Part shown: piece by piece, positions 51,272 through 64,000 of the stretch
How positions within the stretch are numbered: position 1 is the stretch's first letter
Layout: each line of letters starts with the position of its first letter
Source of the DNA: Lama glama
Taxonomy: Eukaryota
NCBI GenBank assembly: GCA_028534125.1
Contig: CM052818.1
Location: 14,572,001 to 14,636,000, forward strand
DNA length: 64,000 nt
Direction: 5' to 3'
Position numbers and translations under genes: made by a program
The notes under the pieces: generated by a model
Databases searched by the model: none
What the model was told of the DNA's origin: nothing
Seen by the model: the letters and a program-made list of their open reading frames with translations, nothing else

Positions 51272-53598
51272 TGGCAGTGGGGCCTTTAAGACAGAACTTT
51301 CTTCTAAAGACCTGTGGGGCTACTTCACCTTTCCCCACAGTTTAAGCTGACCTAGGTAGGACACAGTTTAAGCCCGTTTAGGAAGTCACCAGGCAGAACT
51401 ACTCATACATTTGTCTGATTCCAACAAGATACTTGAGTGCCAGCCCAATTCAGATTCTGAGGGGTGGAATCCTGGATGGCAAAACCAAAAAAATCACGTC
51501 AGCTGTTCAGCAACAGGTCTGACTTAACAAACTTGCTACTCTTCTATATGTGTTTTTTTTTTTAAGAAAGCACTAAAATAACAACTAATATTTTTTAAAG
51601 GAGTATGTAATTTTAAAGGATGATGCCAAATATTTTTTATAATTAACATCTCTTGATTTCTACAACATTCTTGTAGAGGGAGTACGGAATTGTACCTTTT
51701 TCCCCTCTTCCTTCTCTGAAAATGTAATTTTGACTTTTTTTTTTTTTGATAGCTGGCAGCACTGAAATATAATATAGGACTAAAGTAGCATCGTAGAAAT
51801 ACTAAGTGTTTTTGTACTGTGTGAATTTATTGGCAATAATGTTAGAAGCAAGATGAAAGGAACATCCCACTCCAGCATCCTGCAGCCGGACGCCCTGCGT
51901 TGCTGTCACTGAATTCTGTTAACGACTCTAGCAACTTCAGTGTGATTGGTGTGATAAGAAATGTCAGCATGACACTGATTTACAAACTACCCTGTGGCCT
52001 AAGAAGGAATAATTTCACATACATACATGTGAAAATACATGCACTCAGTAGTAGGCTTTCCTCCCTTTGAAGCAGCACTTCGCTGTAACCAAGGAACTGT
52101 ACTAGTTATTTAAGCCACCATTTTTATTTGCCTTTTAAAATTTTCATAGAGTCATGACTTCAAAGACGTGATTTTGAAACCCCACATCTGTCAATTGCTT
52201 TACAAATTTTAAAGCACTTTTCAGCCAGTTTTTGTTACCAGTTTCGTCCTCAAGATCATCTGTGACTGAGTCAGAGCTGAATCTAATTGCTTTTGCTTGA
52301 GGGATTAGAAAACTGATGCTTCTGTAGATTGAGATGACCTGCTCCAAGTCCTGCCTTGGTTAGAAACCAGGTTTTTCTGCATTTGGTTCAGGTTTGGGCC
52401 AAGCTGCCTTCCCAGCAATTTTCAGGACTTTTTTTTTTTTAAGCCTCGAGAAGGGATTACTGTCAGATGATACGAGTCAAAATGTCTGTCTGTGAGTCTA
52501 GTGATCATTTCACTTCAGACAGACAGACATACCCCACACAAGTTCTTGAACATCCTGCCTATGTCAACTTTTGTTCGTTTGTTTGTCTGATAAACTGAGG
52601 ATGTAAGTGCTTATGATGAGAGGAGTGTTATTCTGTGACCTGGTGTGATGGTGTAAGTTTCTTGTGGCTGGGGAGTGCTTCATGTGCCTGAGGTATGAGG
52701 CACCGCAGCTGAATGAGGAACTTTAGAGAGACTGTGCAGCTCCCGAGGAAGCTGAGATTTGGTTTTGAGAGGATTCAAGATTTCCAAGAATGTTGGAAGG
52801 ACGGTTGGGCTAGACATGATTGAACCTGCCTACTGGAGCCTGCATTGGGATTCCCAGATTGGGCAAAGGGGCGGCAGAGAAGGGGGTAACGTGGCTGGGG
52901 GAACACCCCTGGCTCACTCCCGGTGCTCTCCTGACCTGGTCCCACGTGTGGGAGACAAAGGAGATGAAAGCTAAGAAGTGATAACCCACCTTGGAGGGAA
53001 ACGCCCTCCCCCTGCTCCTCCTCCCAGTAAGGGGGGCTCTAAGAGGGCTGGTAAGATGATGAGATGAAGACCTTCTTATAGGGTGCTTCCTTGGGGCTTG
53101 AGGTCTGAGTCTGTATATTTTTTTGACGAGCCCTGTATAGTTAAAGTGTTTCTGAATTATATCTTTAAAGGGGCCTGGACTCCAGAGTTTTCTACAGGTT
53201 TAAGGACTGCCTATTGTCTTTTTTGTAATAACGTTATTGAGATGGAATTCACATGCAACAAGAATTCCCCATCTTAAAGTGTAGAATTCAGTGCTGTGCA
53301 CTGATCACCGGTATCTAATTGTAGCACATTTTCATCACCTCAGAAAGAAACCTCGTACCTTGCAGTCACTCCTCCTTCCCCCTCTCCCACCCCGAGAGCC
53401 CCTGGCAACCACTGATCTCCTTTTGTCTTTATGGATTTACCTATTTTGGGCATTTCCTATAAATGGAATCATACTTGAGGCCTTTTGTGTCTGGCTTCTT
53501 TCACGAAGAGTAATATTTTCAACATTTATCCGTGTTGTAGCACGTATCAGTACTTTGTTTCTTTTTATGGCTGAAAAATCTTCCATTGTATGCATATA

Positions 53599-53972
53599 CA
53601 GACGGTCCCCAACTTAAGTTGTTTTTTTTTTTAACTTTAGATGGTGTGAAATTGTTATTCACTCAGTAGAAACCATCAGCCACATGATCAGGAGGGTAAA
53701 CAAATGCACTTAGAACCATTCTGTTTTTCACTTTCAGAACAGTGTTCAATAAATTACTTGAGATATTCAACATTTATTATAAAATAGGCTCAGTGTTAGA
53801 TGATTTTGCCCAATTATAGGCTAATGTAAGTGTTCTGAGCACGTTTAAGGTAGGCTAGGCTAAGCTATGATATTTGGTAGGTTGGGTGTATTTTCAAATG
53901 CATTTCGTATTAAAATATTTTCAACTTATGTTGGGTTTATTGGGACGTAACCGCAGTGTTAAGGAAGATCTG
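53599..53972 (-). mobile_element. TcMar-Tigger relic (MER47-like) inserted at a TA inside L1
   Basis: ta|cagacggtccccaactta ... aggaagatctg termini; internal taggctaggctaagctatg. Confidence 0.75.
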
Positions 53973-54311
53973 TTCTGCATTTTGTTTATTCATAAATTGA
54001 CAGGCATTTGGATTGTTCCTGCTTTCTGCCTCATAAATAATGCTGCTAGGAACATTTGTGTATGTGTTTTTGTGTGGACAGATGTTTTCTGTTTTCTTGG
54101 GTATATACCTACGAGCAGGATTGCTGGATTCTATGATAACTCTGTGTTTAACTTTTTGAAGAATTGCCAAACTGTTTTAAAAGTGGCTGCACTGTTTTAT
54201 AAACCTACCAGCGGTGAATGAGGGTTTCAACTTCTCCACATCCTGGACAACTCTTGTCTTCTTTTTGATTTTGCCATCCTAGAGGGTAGAAAGTGGTTTT
54301 CATTGTAGTTT

Positions 54312-54438
54312 GTTGTTGTTGTTTTTGTTGGGTGGAGGTAATTAGATTTATTTACTTTTTTGATGGAAGTATTAGGGATTGAACCGAGGACATCATGCAT
54401 GCTAAGCACGCACTCTACCGCTTGCATGCCCTCACCCC
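54312..54438 (-). mobile_element. tRNA-derived camelid-type SINE inserted in an old L1, with a perfect 13-bp TSD
   Basis: TSD ttcattgtagttt at 54299-54311 and 54439-54451; gggattgaaccgagg B-box complement. Confidence 0.88.
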
Positions 54439-57364
54439 TTCATTGTAGTTTTGATTCGCAATTCCCTAATGACCCAAGAAGTTGAGAATCTTTTCTTGTG
54501 TCTATTGGCCATTTATACAGCTTCCTTGAAGAAATGGTTATTCAAATTATTTTCCCCTTTTTAAATTAGGCCTTTTTTATTGTTAAGTTTGAGTTGTTTA
54601 TATGTTTTGGATACAAGTCTCTTACATAATTTGCAAATATTTTCCCCAGTAGGTTGACTTTTTACTTTTGTAATGGTGTTCTCTGAAGCATAAAAATTTT
54701 AAATTTCGATAAAGTCCAACTTGTCTATGTTTCCTTTTGTTTTTTTTGTTTTTGGTGTCATATCTTAAGAAATCATTGCCTAATCCAAGGTAATAAGGAT
54801 TTATACCTGTGTTTTATTTTTAAAGATTTATACCTGCGTTTTATAGTTTTTGCTTGTAAAAAAATTGGCGATCCATTTTGATGTTAATGTTTCTTAGATG
54901 TAAAGAAGGGGTTCAGCTTTATTCTTTTGCATGTGGTTATCCAGTTGTCTAGCACCATTTGTTGGAAAGATATTTCTTTCCCCATTGAATTGTCTTGGCA
55001 TCCTTCTTAAAAATCAATTGACCATAGATGTATAAGTTTATTTCTGGAATCTCAGTTCTATTGCATGTGTCTATATGTCTATCCTGGTACCACACTGTCT
55101 TGATTTACTGTAGCTTTGCAGTAAATTTTGAAACTGGGAAGTGTGAGTACTCCAACTGTGTTCTTTTTCAAGATTTTTTGACTGTTCTGGGCCCCTCGCG
55201 TTTCCATATGCTTGTTAGGATCAGCTTCAATTTCTGCAGAAAAGACACCTGGGATTTTGAAAGGTATTGTGCTGACTCTGTAAACCAGGCTGGGGAGTAT
55301 TACCGTTTTTAACAATATCAATTGTTCCAATCCATGAACATGCACTGTCTTTCCACTTATTTAGAGCTTCTTTAATTTCTTTCAATAATATTTTATAGTT
55401 TTCAGTTTGAGTCTTACACTTTTTTGTTACACTTATTCCTAAGTGTATATGACAAATATATTTAGAGCTAAACAAATGCAATTTATTTATTTTATTCATT
55501 TTGAAAGTGGGATGGGAATAGGGCAAGTTAAAACACTGCAAGGCTCACTGTTTTCATAGAGGTTAGTTCATTTTTATGAATAAATGCTCTTCCAGTTGTT
55601 GTAAGCCTTTGGTTAAGTTTCACAGTTTTGAAACAGTTAATTTAGACAACTTTTGCCAGTATTCTCATTTCTTTCATGGAGGAATGGATTTTCTGAAGTC
55701 TTTTCTCTGATGCACCAGAAATCAGAACTGTGTATTATTTATACCACTGCCTTAGTTTGGTTACCTGCCTGGTCTCTGAGGACATTAGAGATACAGAGGT
55801 AGGTGACTCAAACAAAGACGTTATGATACAGAAATTCACTGGGTCACAGGGCATCTTGGTGGCTGTCAAGGCTTGTATTAACAGACAGATATATTGAGCC
55901 AAAATTCCTGTTACTGAGGCCACAGATAGAGTGGTGTGACTGAGGAGTGGTAAAACTAGAAGTTGTTCTTAGGGAAATGGAAGTGAGAGAGCAGTGAAGT
56001 GTCCAATAATAAGGCATTTTTTCATGTTTCCTGGTAAAGGCTCAGACCAAGAGGAATGTCATTAAGTTCCAAATCTAGGAATGACAAATAAATTTCAAGT
56101 GTCAACTTTAATCAGTTCATAGTTATAACCTGGAGCTTGGTGTTGAGATGGTTCTGTGATCACATGTGGCCTTAGTGCCAATCACTGTATCAGGCAGTTC
56201 CAGCTAGAAAATAATGCCCACCCAAATAGGGTGAATGAGGAGGATAAAGGGATTGTTTAGGGAGCTGTGGACAGAGTTAAAGGACGTCAGTAAAGAGGGT
56301 CCTATACCATAGGCCAGAAACAGTGATTATCATTTCAAGGCCTAAAGGACTTTTTATAGTATTGATTGAAGGAATGAGAGTTTTACTAACTGATATAGGG
56401 TTCTTCTTTTGGTCATTTCTTAGTACCATAACTAAGATAAATTGTAGTAAAATCACTGCTTTGTCCTTAAGTTTTTCAGGATTTCTTGGTTGAAAATGCT
56501 TGGGAATATTTTTAGAGCTAAACCAATGCAATTTATTATTAACTTCTATCAAACATTCCAACTCCATCTAATACAGTGAGAGAGTCTACATTACCAAGGA
56601 GTTTCACTATAGACTTAATTATCTTGCTTAATCCTCACAACAAATAAATCAGCATTGCAATGTTCAAGATCCCCCAAGACCATCCTCACTTCTGAAATAT
56701 CGTAGATCATCTTGATATAATTTACCAACCAAAAGCATTCTCTTCATAAATCTTGATAAGTTACCAATGAATTTCTGTGGTGGAAGGGGTTTTTTCCTTG
56801 CTTTTAAACATTTTGATTTATAGCATGTGCTTTGCTGGGCCACGTCTCTAAGAGAACAGTGATTCTCCCTAATGGTTATATGCAGCCGGTCGTCCTTACA
56901 CCATGAATTCAAATGTCCAACAAAATATCTTATTATCAATAAGTATTTTTGTATGATACGTTAGCAATTAACCTTGCTAATTTCCTTTTTCAAAAAACAA
57001 ACCTTTGTTGCACAAAAGAGTAAACCAGTTGTTTCTAGTCTTTATGACTTCACAGACTGGGAAAATTCCCAAAACTTTTTGGGAAACTGACATAGAATTT
57101 TTTTTTTTTTTTTGCCTAATAAAGACACTACAAGGGAAAAAAATTCCCTAGAATCTAGTGTCACAGTCATTTCACAAAAGAACATTTTTGTAGTTAATAT
57201 ATAAGTTAATCAATATGATTTACTGAATTATTTGTCTTATTTTTCTGCTTACATCTTACTTTTTTTTTTTTTTTTTTTGGTCAGGTTCTCAATGTCAATC
57301 TTTTAGTACTAATTTCAGTGAAGATCTGTGAGTAACAAACTCCATTGCCTTGTGAGTGATTAAA

Positions 57365-57600
57365 ACCATGGTATCTGGCACAGAATGTCTGCACTTGAAT
57401 CGCAGTTTGGCCACTTATTAGCTGTGTGTCCTTGGGCAAGTTACTTAACCTCCCTGTGTCTTAGGTTCATCATCTTTAATAAAGTAATACTAATAATATC
57501 TCAGAACGTTGTTGTGGGGAATTACTGAGTGAAAGTATATAAAGCGCTTAGAATAATACCTTGTAAAATTGTATTATGTAGCACTTACTATTATTATGAA
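57365..57600 (+). mobile_element. MIR
   Basis: ccacttattagctgtgtgtccttgggcaagttacttaacctc. Confidence 0.8.
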
Positions 57601-57958
57601 TCTGTGTATGTCTGAAAATGTCCGTGTTTTGTCCTCATTCTTGAGCTGTAGTTTAGTTAAGCATGGAATTCTATGTTGACCGTATTGCCTTCAGCATTTT
57701 CAAGATACTATCCACTCTCTTCTTGCATTTATTGTTGTGGATGAGAAGTCCGTGGCTATTATGATTGTCTTTCCTTTATAGGCAAGAATCTCTGTTCTCT
57801 CTGATTTGCTTTAAGGTTTTTCTCTTTGCATTTGGCATTCTGTGCTTTCACCATTGTGTATCCATGTGTGAATTTATTTTCGTTTTTCTAGCTCAAAATT
57901 TTTTCTCCTTCAAATTGAAGACACATCTTTTTTCAGTCCTAGAAAATTCTCAATCATT

Positions 57959-58424
57959 GTGTAAATCAGGATGAGGTTCTGCTGCAAGTGATAAAAACAA
58001 ACAAACAAACAGAAAAGCTCTCAGTCAGAGGGGTTTATACAAGATAAAAGTTTCTCATATAAACTAGGCCTTCCAAGTGATGTTTGATGATGTCTGGGGC
58101 TCAGGGACCCTTCTATTTTATTGTTCCCCCATTCTCAGCAAGTAGATTCTCTACTCAAACTTAAACTGTAACTAGCATTCCAGTTACTACAAAGGAAAAA
58201 ATACAGAAAAGGGCCTACCTCTTCCCTGTAAGTACATTTCTGGAAGTTGCATCTTCTGTTTTGGTTACATCTCAGAACATAGTCATATGGTCAGTCTCGA
58301 CACAAGGGAAGCCGGGAAATACTGTCTTTATTCTGGGCAGCCACATTCCCAGCTCAAAATGGGCAATTCCATAAATAAGGCAGAGGGGGAGACTGGTGAC
58401 TGGAAACAAGTAGTAGCTCTAACA
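57959..58424 (-). mobile_element. MaLR LTR (MLT1J-like)
   Basis: acatagtcatatgg...aagggaagccgggaaatactgtctttattctgggcagcca. Confidence 0.65.
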
Positions 58425-58627
58425 GCCTTTTTTTGTTGTTGTTGTTGCAGATTTCTCCCATATTCCCTCTGTTATGTCCTTCTGGAACTCTTAGCAACGT
58501 TCTATTCTCTGTGCCTCTTTCTTTTTAATGTATATATTTTTTATCTTTTTGTGTTATATTCTGTGAGATTTCTTCAGCTCTATCTTCCAATTTACTGATT
58601 TTCATTTAAGCTATGTTTAGTCTACCA

Positions 58628-59037
58628 AGTTTTTTTTAAATGATCTATTTTTATTGAAGTCTAGCTGATTTACAATATTAGATTCAGGTATACAGCACCA
58701 TAATTCAGTATATTTACAGATTATACTCCATTAAGTTATTACAAGATAATGCCTATAATTCTCCATGCTATACAATATATCCTTGTTGCTTATCTATTTT
58801 ACACATAGTAGTTTGTACCTCTTAGTCTTGTACTCCTAATTTGCCCCTCCCCTCTCCCCTTTGGTAACAACTAGTTGTTTTCTATAGCTGTGAGTCTGCT
58901 TCTGTTTTGCATATACATTCATTTATCTTATTTTTTAGACTCCACATAAAAGTGATATCATACAGTATCTGTCCTTCTCTGTCTGACTTACTTCACTAAG
59001 CATAATATTCTCTAGGTCCATCCACATTACTGCAAAA
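58628..59037 (-). mobile_element. LINE-1 3' UTR fragment
   Basis: ttttattgaagt...gtctgacttacttcactaagcataat...aggtccatcca, typical L1 3' UTR. Confidence 0.8.
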
Positions 59038-59239
59038 AATTAGATTTTTTTTATCTTTAGAATTTCTGTAGCTTTTTCCCTAAAATATGCCTGTTTTTTT
59101 TTAATGCTATAACATTTTTTTTCCTGTATAGTTTGTATTCTTTTAGATCTCAGATGATTTAAGTACACTTCATAGTCTCTTTTCTCTACTGTCTGTAATT
59201 CTTGAGGGAATGAATTTTGCTAACTTCTTCCCATAGAAG

Positions 59240-59345
59240 AGATATACACATAGATATAGAGATACATACAGATGTATAAACATATGTGTGTATGTGTGTG
59301 TGTATATATATATATATATATGTATATACATTTATGTGTGTGTAT
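59240..59345. repeat. Compound (TG)n/(TA)n microsatellite
   Basis: Direct inspection. Confidence 0.85.
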
Positions 59346-60104
59346 TTTTTCCATCCCATCCATGATCTCTTTTTCTAGTATCTCATGAATTCAGGATTGC
59401 AAAGTGTTACTATGGAGCAGCTTTGTATTGTGTCTACCAGGGTCCGTCAGGTTTCCCTGATTCAAGCCAGTTTTTCTGTTGCTACTTTAGTTTGGGTTTC
59501 CTGCACTATCATGAATGAACATTTGGCCCCCATTCCTGTGCACAGTTCATGTCATGTGGGTGGTAATCAGTCTGCTTTCTCCCCTGTCAGGCTAATGGGA
59601 GAAAGTATTCTAGAACCCTTTTCACAGCACCAAAGCTCTTCTGGGATCCTGGCTCTGTGCTCAGCTTCAACTCCACTGTACTTGGAACCTTCCAGCTCAG
59701 GTATTAAAATCCCAGCCCTTAAGTTCGACTTTCAGTTCCATTTCTCCAAGTTGCCTATGTAGTCTCACCTCTTGCTCACTCCTTTTTAGTGTTCTCCTCA
59801 TTTCAGGCATTTGAGGATTTTAATTTCTTGTTTTAGTGCTTAGTTGTGCATTTCAAATGTTTTTAAATTATATTTCATGTAGCGTTTATCTGTGTTAGGA
59901 ACAACGAGTGCTTTCTACATCAGCTTAGTCCATCACAATGATGAAAAGTCTGGAAAGGAGAATTTTCAGTCCCTCAAAGCAGTGGAATGAATATCTCTGT
60001 ATACAAGTGTTGAAATACTTGCTTTAATACTTCTTATACGATCCTTGTTTATTCATTTGTAATGGGTCAGCATTGCCCTTTGCGTTGACATTTGAGAATT
60101 AATG

Positions 60105-60325
60105 GAAAGAGTATTGAGAAACTTAGGTTCTGGTCCTGGCTTTGTTGCTTGCTAATTGCAGACTTTGGGAAATTACTTAAGTTCGCTGAGCCTATGATTA
60201 GCTGTAAAATTGGCGTATTATTATTTGCCCTGCTTCACAGGATTATTGTAAGGATCAAATGAGATAATGGATTTGAAGATGCTGTAAAGGTTAAAACACA
60301 TCATACAAATTTATGGTATTATTAA
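60105..60325 (+). mobile_element. MIR
   Basis: ctgtaaaattgg...cacaggattattgtaaggatcaaatgagataat. Confidence 0.7.
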
Positions 60326-62469
60326 TAGCAATGTCAAGGGTTGAAAACCACTAACACATTCATCAAGATAGTTTTAAAATATGAAGAATTGTGGGTTTTT
60401 TGGTTTGGTTTTGGTAAATTGAAAAAAAATCCTGTATCCTGATAAAAGCTATAATTCTATGAAAATACCTAATAAGGGAACTACTTGGAAACATTCAAAT
60501 ATTCTTGTGAAATTTAAGAGCAGCATTTGTACTGACAGGCAGCTACAACTTTAATAGACTATAGAATTCATTGCAGAGAGATACACTCTTAGCAGTTAAA
60601 AAACAGAATCTGAACCTGGAAGTCATGATTGCTTTTTGTTACTATGTGTTTTCTCAAAAAAAATGGATATTAAAAGTTCAGTTACTGTTTTATGAAGAAA
60701 TATAAACTTTTAATTTAATGCAGAAAAGATGTCCTCGTATTTGAAAATGTTGAGAACTACCAACCTAGCCTATGGAAGTGGTCCACTAACTGGGCAATTG
60801 GGTTCCAAATCCTCCATCTCTCTCTAACATATATTCTCTAAAACAGAAGGACTGTGCCAGTGATTGTCAGTCAACAGTGAGGTCTATTACAGAGTATCTG
60901 CGATTTACTAATGTTTAAATTACTAAGTTTGCAAATTATTTACTTTAAAGAAAATCAAAGATTGACTCAAGATGGCACACTGATCTACACCTCTATCACT
61001 CACTGCGTACTAAATCATCTTTGTATGATTTGTAATTTTTGTTTGTGACCTTATCTTTACCAGGGACTGTTTTTTCTGTGGATTGTGGAAATACCTCTTT
61101 GCAGAGTGGGGAGCACATTTGCTTTTGTCAGGCGTATCAGTGGTATCGCCAGCAGGATTATTTTTTACATTAATTTAATATCCTATGAGATGATGTGCAT
61201 GTAAACTCATATTCCAGACTGGAATGTGGTGCAAGCTTGAGGTTTTACTTCCTCACAGAGGTTTTATTCAGTATCTATAGCTCTAGGCAGAGGCAAACAT
61301 TCTTGCTGTCTACCCATTAAATGAGTGGAGTTCTAGTCTTCCTTGTACTGAGGTGCCAGCTATTCCTGTGTTCCAGCTTTATGCAGGTTTCAATTCCATC
61401 TCTCTACTTTGGAGGCCATAAGATTGTGTCTCTGTTTTGATGTGAATTAAAATTCAAATCTGAAGCCTTTTTTTTAAAAAAAATAGAGTATTCTGAATTT
61501 TTTTTCCAAGTCCCTAGCCTTTAAGACCTCTCTCCAAATCTGCTAACAACCTCCACTTCCTTCTCCCCTCACATGAAAGCTTGTGTTCTTGTCGCTCCAA
61601 TTATATGGTATAGCTACACTATGAAAGACTCTGCTGCTATTAAAATAATGAGGTAGTCTACATGTATAGACAAGGAAAGATCTTCAAGATACATACTGGT
61701 ACATGAATAAGCAAGTTCTCTCTTTTGGAACACGAGGGTTTCTCTGTTTTGTGAGCTTGGCTATAAATTTGTTTATTGTTTCATTTTATTCAGCATTTCA
61801 AGGTGTTTGTAATGAAAGGGGTTCACTATCAGCCATGATCTGCCATGTTTTTAAGAATTGGAAGTCCCCAATACACAAATATTTAATAATGGCATTCATT
61901 CATTTGCAGTCTATTAAAATTTCATTAGTGGAGGAATAAAGATACACCTGTAGTCTTAGCAGTACTACAGGTAATAGTGTGCAACCATATATTCCCAGGG
62001 AAATTTGTTGGGCCTGTAAATACTCTGTTTGGCAGCAGAGGACTACTTCACCTACTTCCACTTGTGTGCAACATAACATAGCTTATAGTAGATACATTTT
62101 TGGCACACTAAAATGTACCAAGTAGAATAACTGGTAGAATTAACCATACCAAACTCAGCCAAGAAGTAAAGGTTGAGTTAGTGCTAGAAATAATTTAAGT
62201 AAAATAGAAACCAATTTTGGAAATATTTTGATATTCTAAGTACTCATGTCTTAGAATTAAGAGAGAGAAAGAAAGAATGTGTGTGTGTGTGTATGTTTAT
62301 TTTGCACTGGGAGAAATGTTTTTAGTTTTCACTCTCTTAATTGTATGTAGAGGGGTTCAAAGTTTTAGAACAAGAGGAAAATTCAAGTTTATAGGAGAAT
62401 GTTATCCTTACAGTGAAATTTTAATTATAGTAAAAGTGATGATGTGACTACACTGAGCGCTGACCAATG

Positions 62470-62655
62470 CGCATGATCTCATGCTTAGTATCCTTAGGAA
62501 GTTGCTATTTTCCTAATTTTACAGATGAGGAGACTGAAATCTAGAAGTTTAAGCAGTTTACCCAGAGTCACACAGCTTATATGTGATGGAGCCAAAATTC
62601 TAACCCTGGTTTGATTCTAGAGCCATGATTAACGACTATTTAATATGGCTTCTTC
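62470..62655 (-). mobile_element. MIR downstream of the CIMIP6 stop codon
   Basis: attttacagatgaggagactga...gtcacacagct. Confidence 0.7.
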
Positions 62656-62792
62656 TCTAAAAGTTTTATAATATTTGTTAATTACATCCATTGTTGTTCA
62701 AAACAAAGTTGTTATAGTTACAAATATTATGACATAGAACTATGTATCATATCCATCACTTATTGGAGACCACATGTATATTTTTGGTGTAT

Positions 62793-62798
62793 TTTATT
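62793..62798 (-). terminator. Candidate polyadenylation signal (AATAAA) of CIMIP6; alternatives at 61772-61777 and 61785-61790
   Basis: tttatt on + is AATAAA on -, about 140 nt past the stop codon. Usage cannot be shown from sequence alone. Confidence 0.35.
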
Positions 62799-62939
62799 AT
62801 CTTTTTTTCATTTTCCCATTTATGTAAGTCATAATTTTTGAGGTTATTGATAACAGAAAAAGCAAATGTCAGGGCCTTTACGATGATCTTGAAATTTCTC
62901 TACATTCCAAGGATTATGTTTTTATCTGGAAAAGATAAT

Positions 62940-64000
<1,061 letters not shown>

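Larger units (their letters stand above)
53218..55446 (-). mobile_element. Older LINE-1 (L1MB-like) 3' fragment interrupted by a Tigger-type element and a SINE
   Basis: Degenerate ORF2 peptides ([24 protein letters not shown]) and L1MB-like 3' UTR. Confidence 0.8.
57240..59900 (-). mobile_element. Fragmented ancient L1 hosting a MIR, an MLT1 and a younger L1
   Basis: T-rich degenerate L1 body motifs (gatgagaagtc, ttcagctctatcttccaatttac). Confidence 0.45.

Noticed and set aside
52144..52347. Protein-like 67-aa ORF (DSVTDDLEDETGNKNWLKSALKFVKQL)
   Set aside because: Non-ATG start, no family I recognise, and no clear TSD or poly-A architecture; a tBLASTn search would settle it.

Overview
Mammalian, repeat-rich and almost entirely non-coding genomic DNA. 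Eight copies of a tRNA-derived SINE (GGGTATAGCTCAGTGGTAGAG...GGTTCAATCCCCAGTACCTCC) resemble the camelid vic-1 family. I saw no Alu, B1, BovB, PRE-1 or Can-SINE, so the source is probably alpaca, llama or camel. The only protein-coding sequence I can support is the terminal coding exon of C2orf73/CIMIP6 on the minus strand (62940-63308), recognised from memory of the human protein. By human gene order (ACYP2-C2orf73-SPTBN1), the rest should be the intergenic interval running toward the SPTBN1 5' end, which would lie beyond position 1; this is inference. The window also holds L1, L2, MIR, MaLR/ERV LTR and hAT/Tigger relics, a 500-N gap and a 35-nt tailless U2 snRNA retropseudogene with target-site duplications (TSDs). 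Candidate regulatory elements include two CpG-retaining patches, a palindromic double-GATA site, an RFX X-box in the CIMIP6 intron and a motif-dense LTR. Nearly all entries in the ORF track are spurious or repeat-derived. I found no convincing new biological system; the best leads are regulatory elements and retrotransposition oddities. Repeat names and borders are by eye and approximate.
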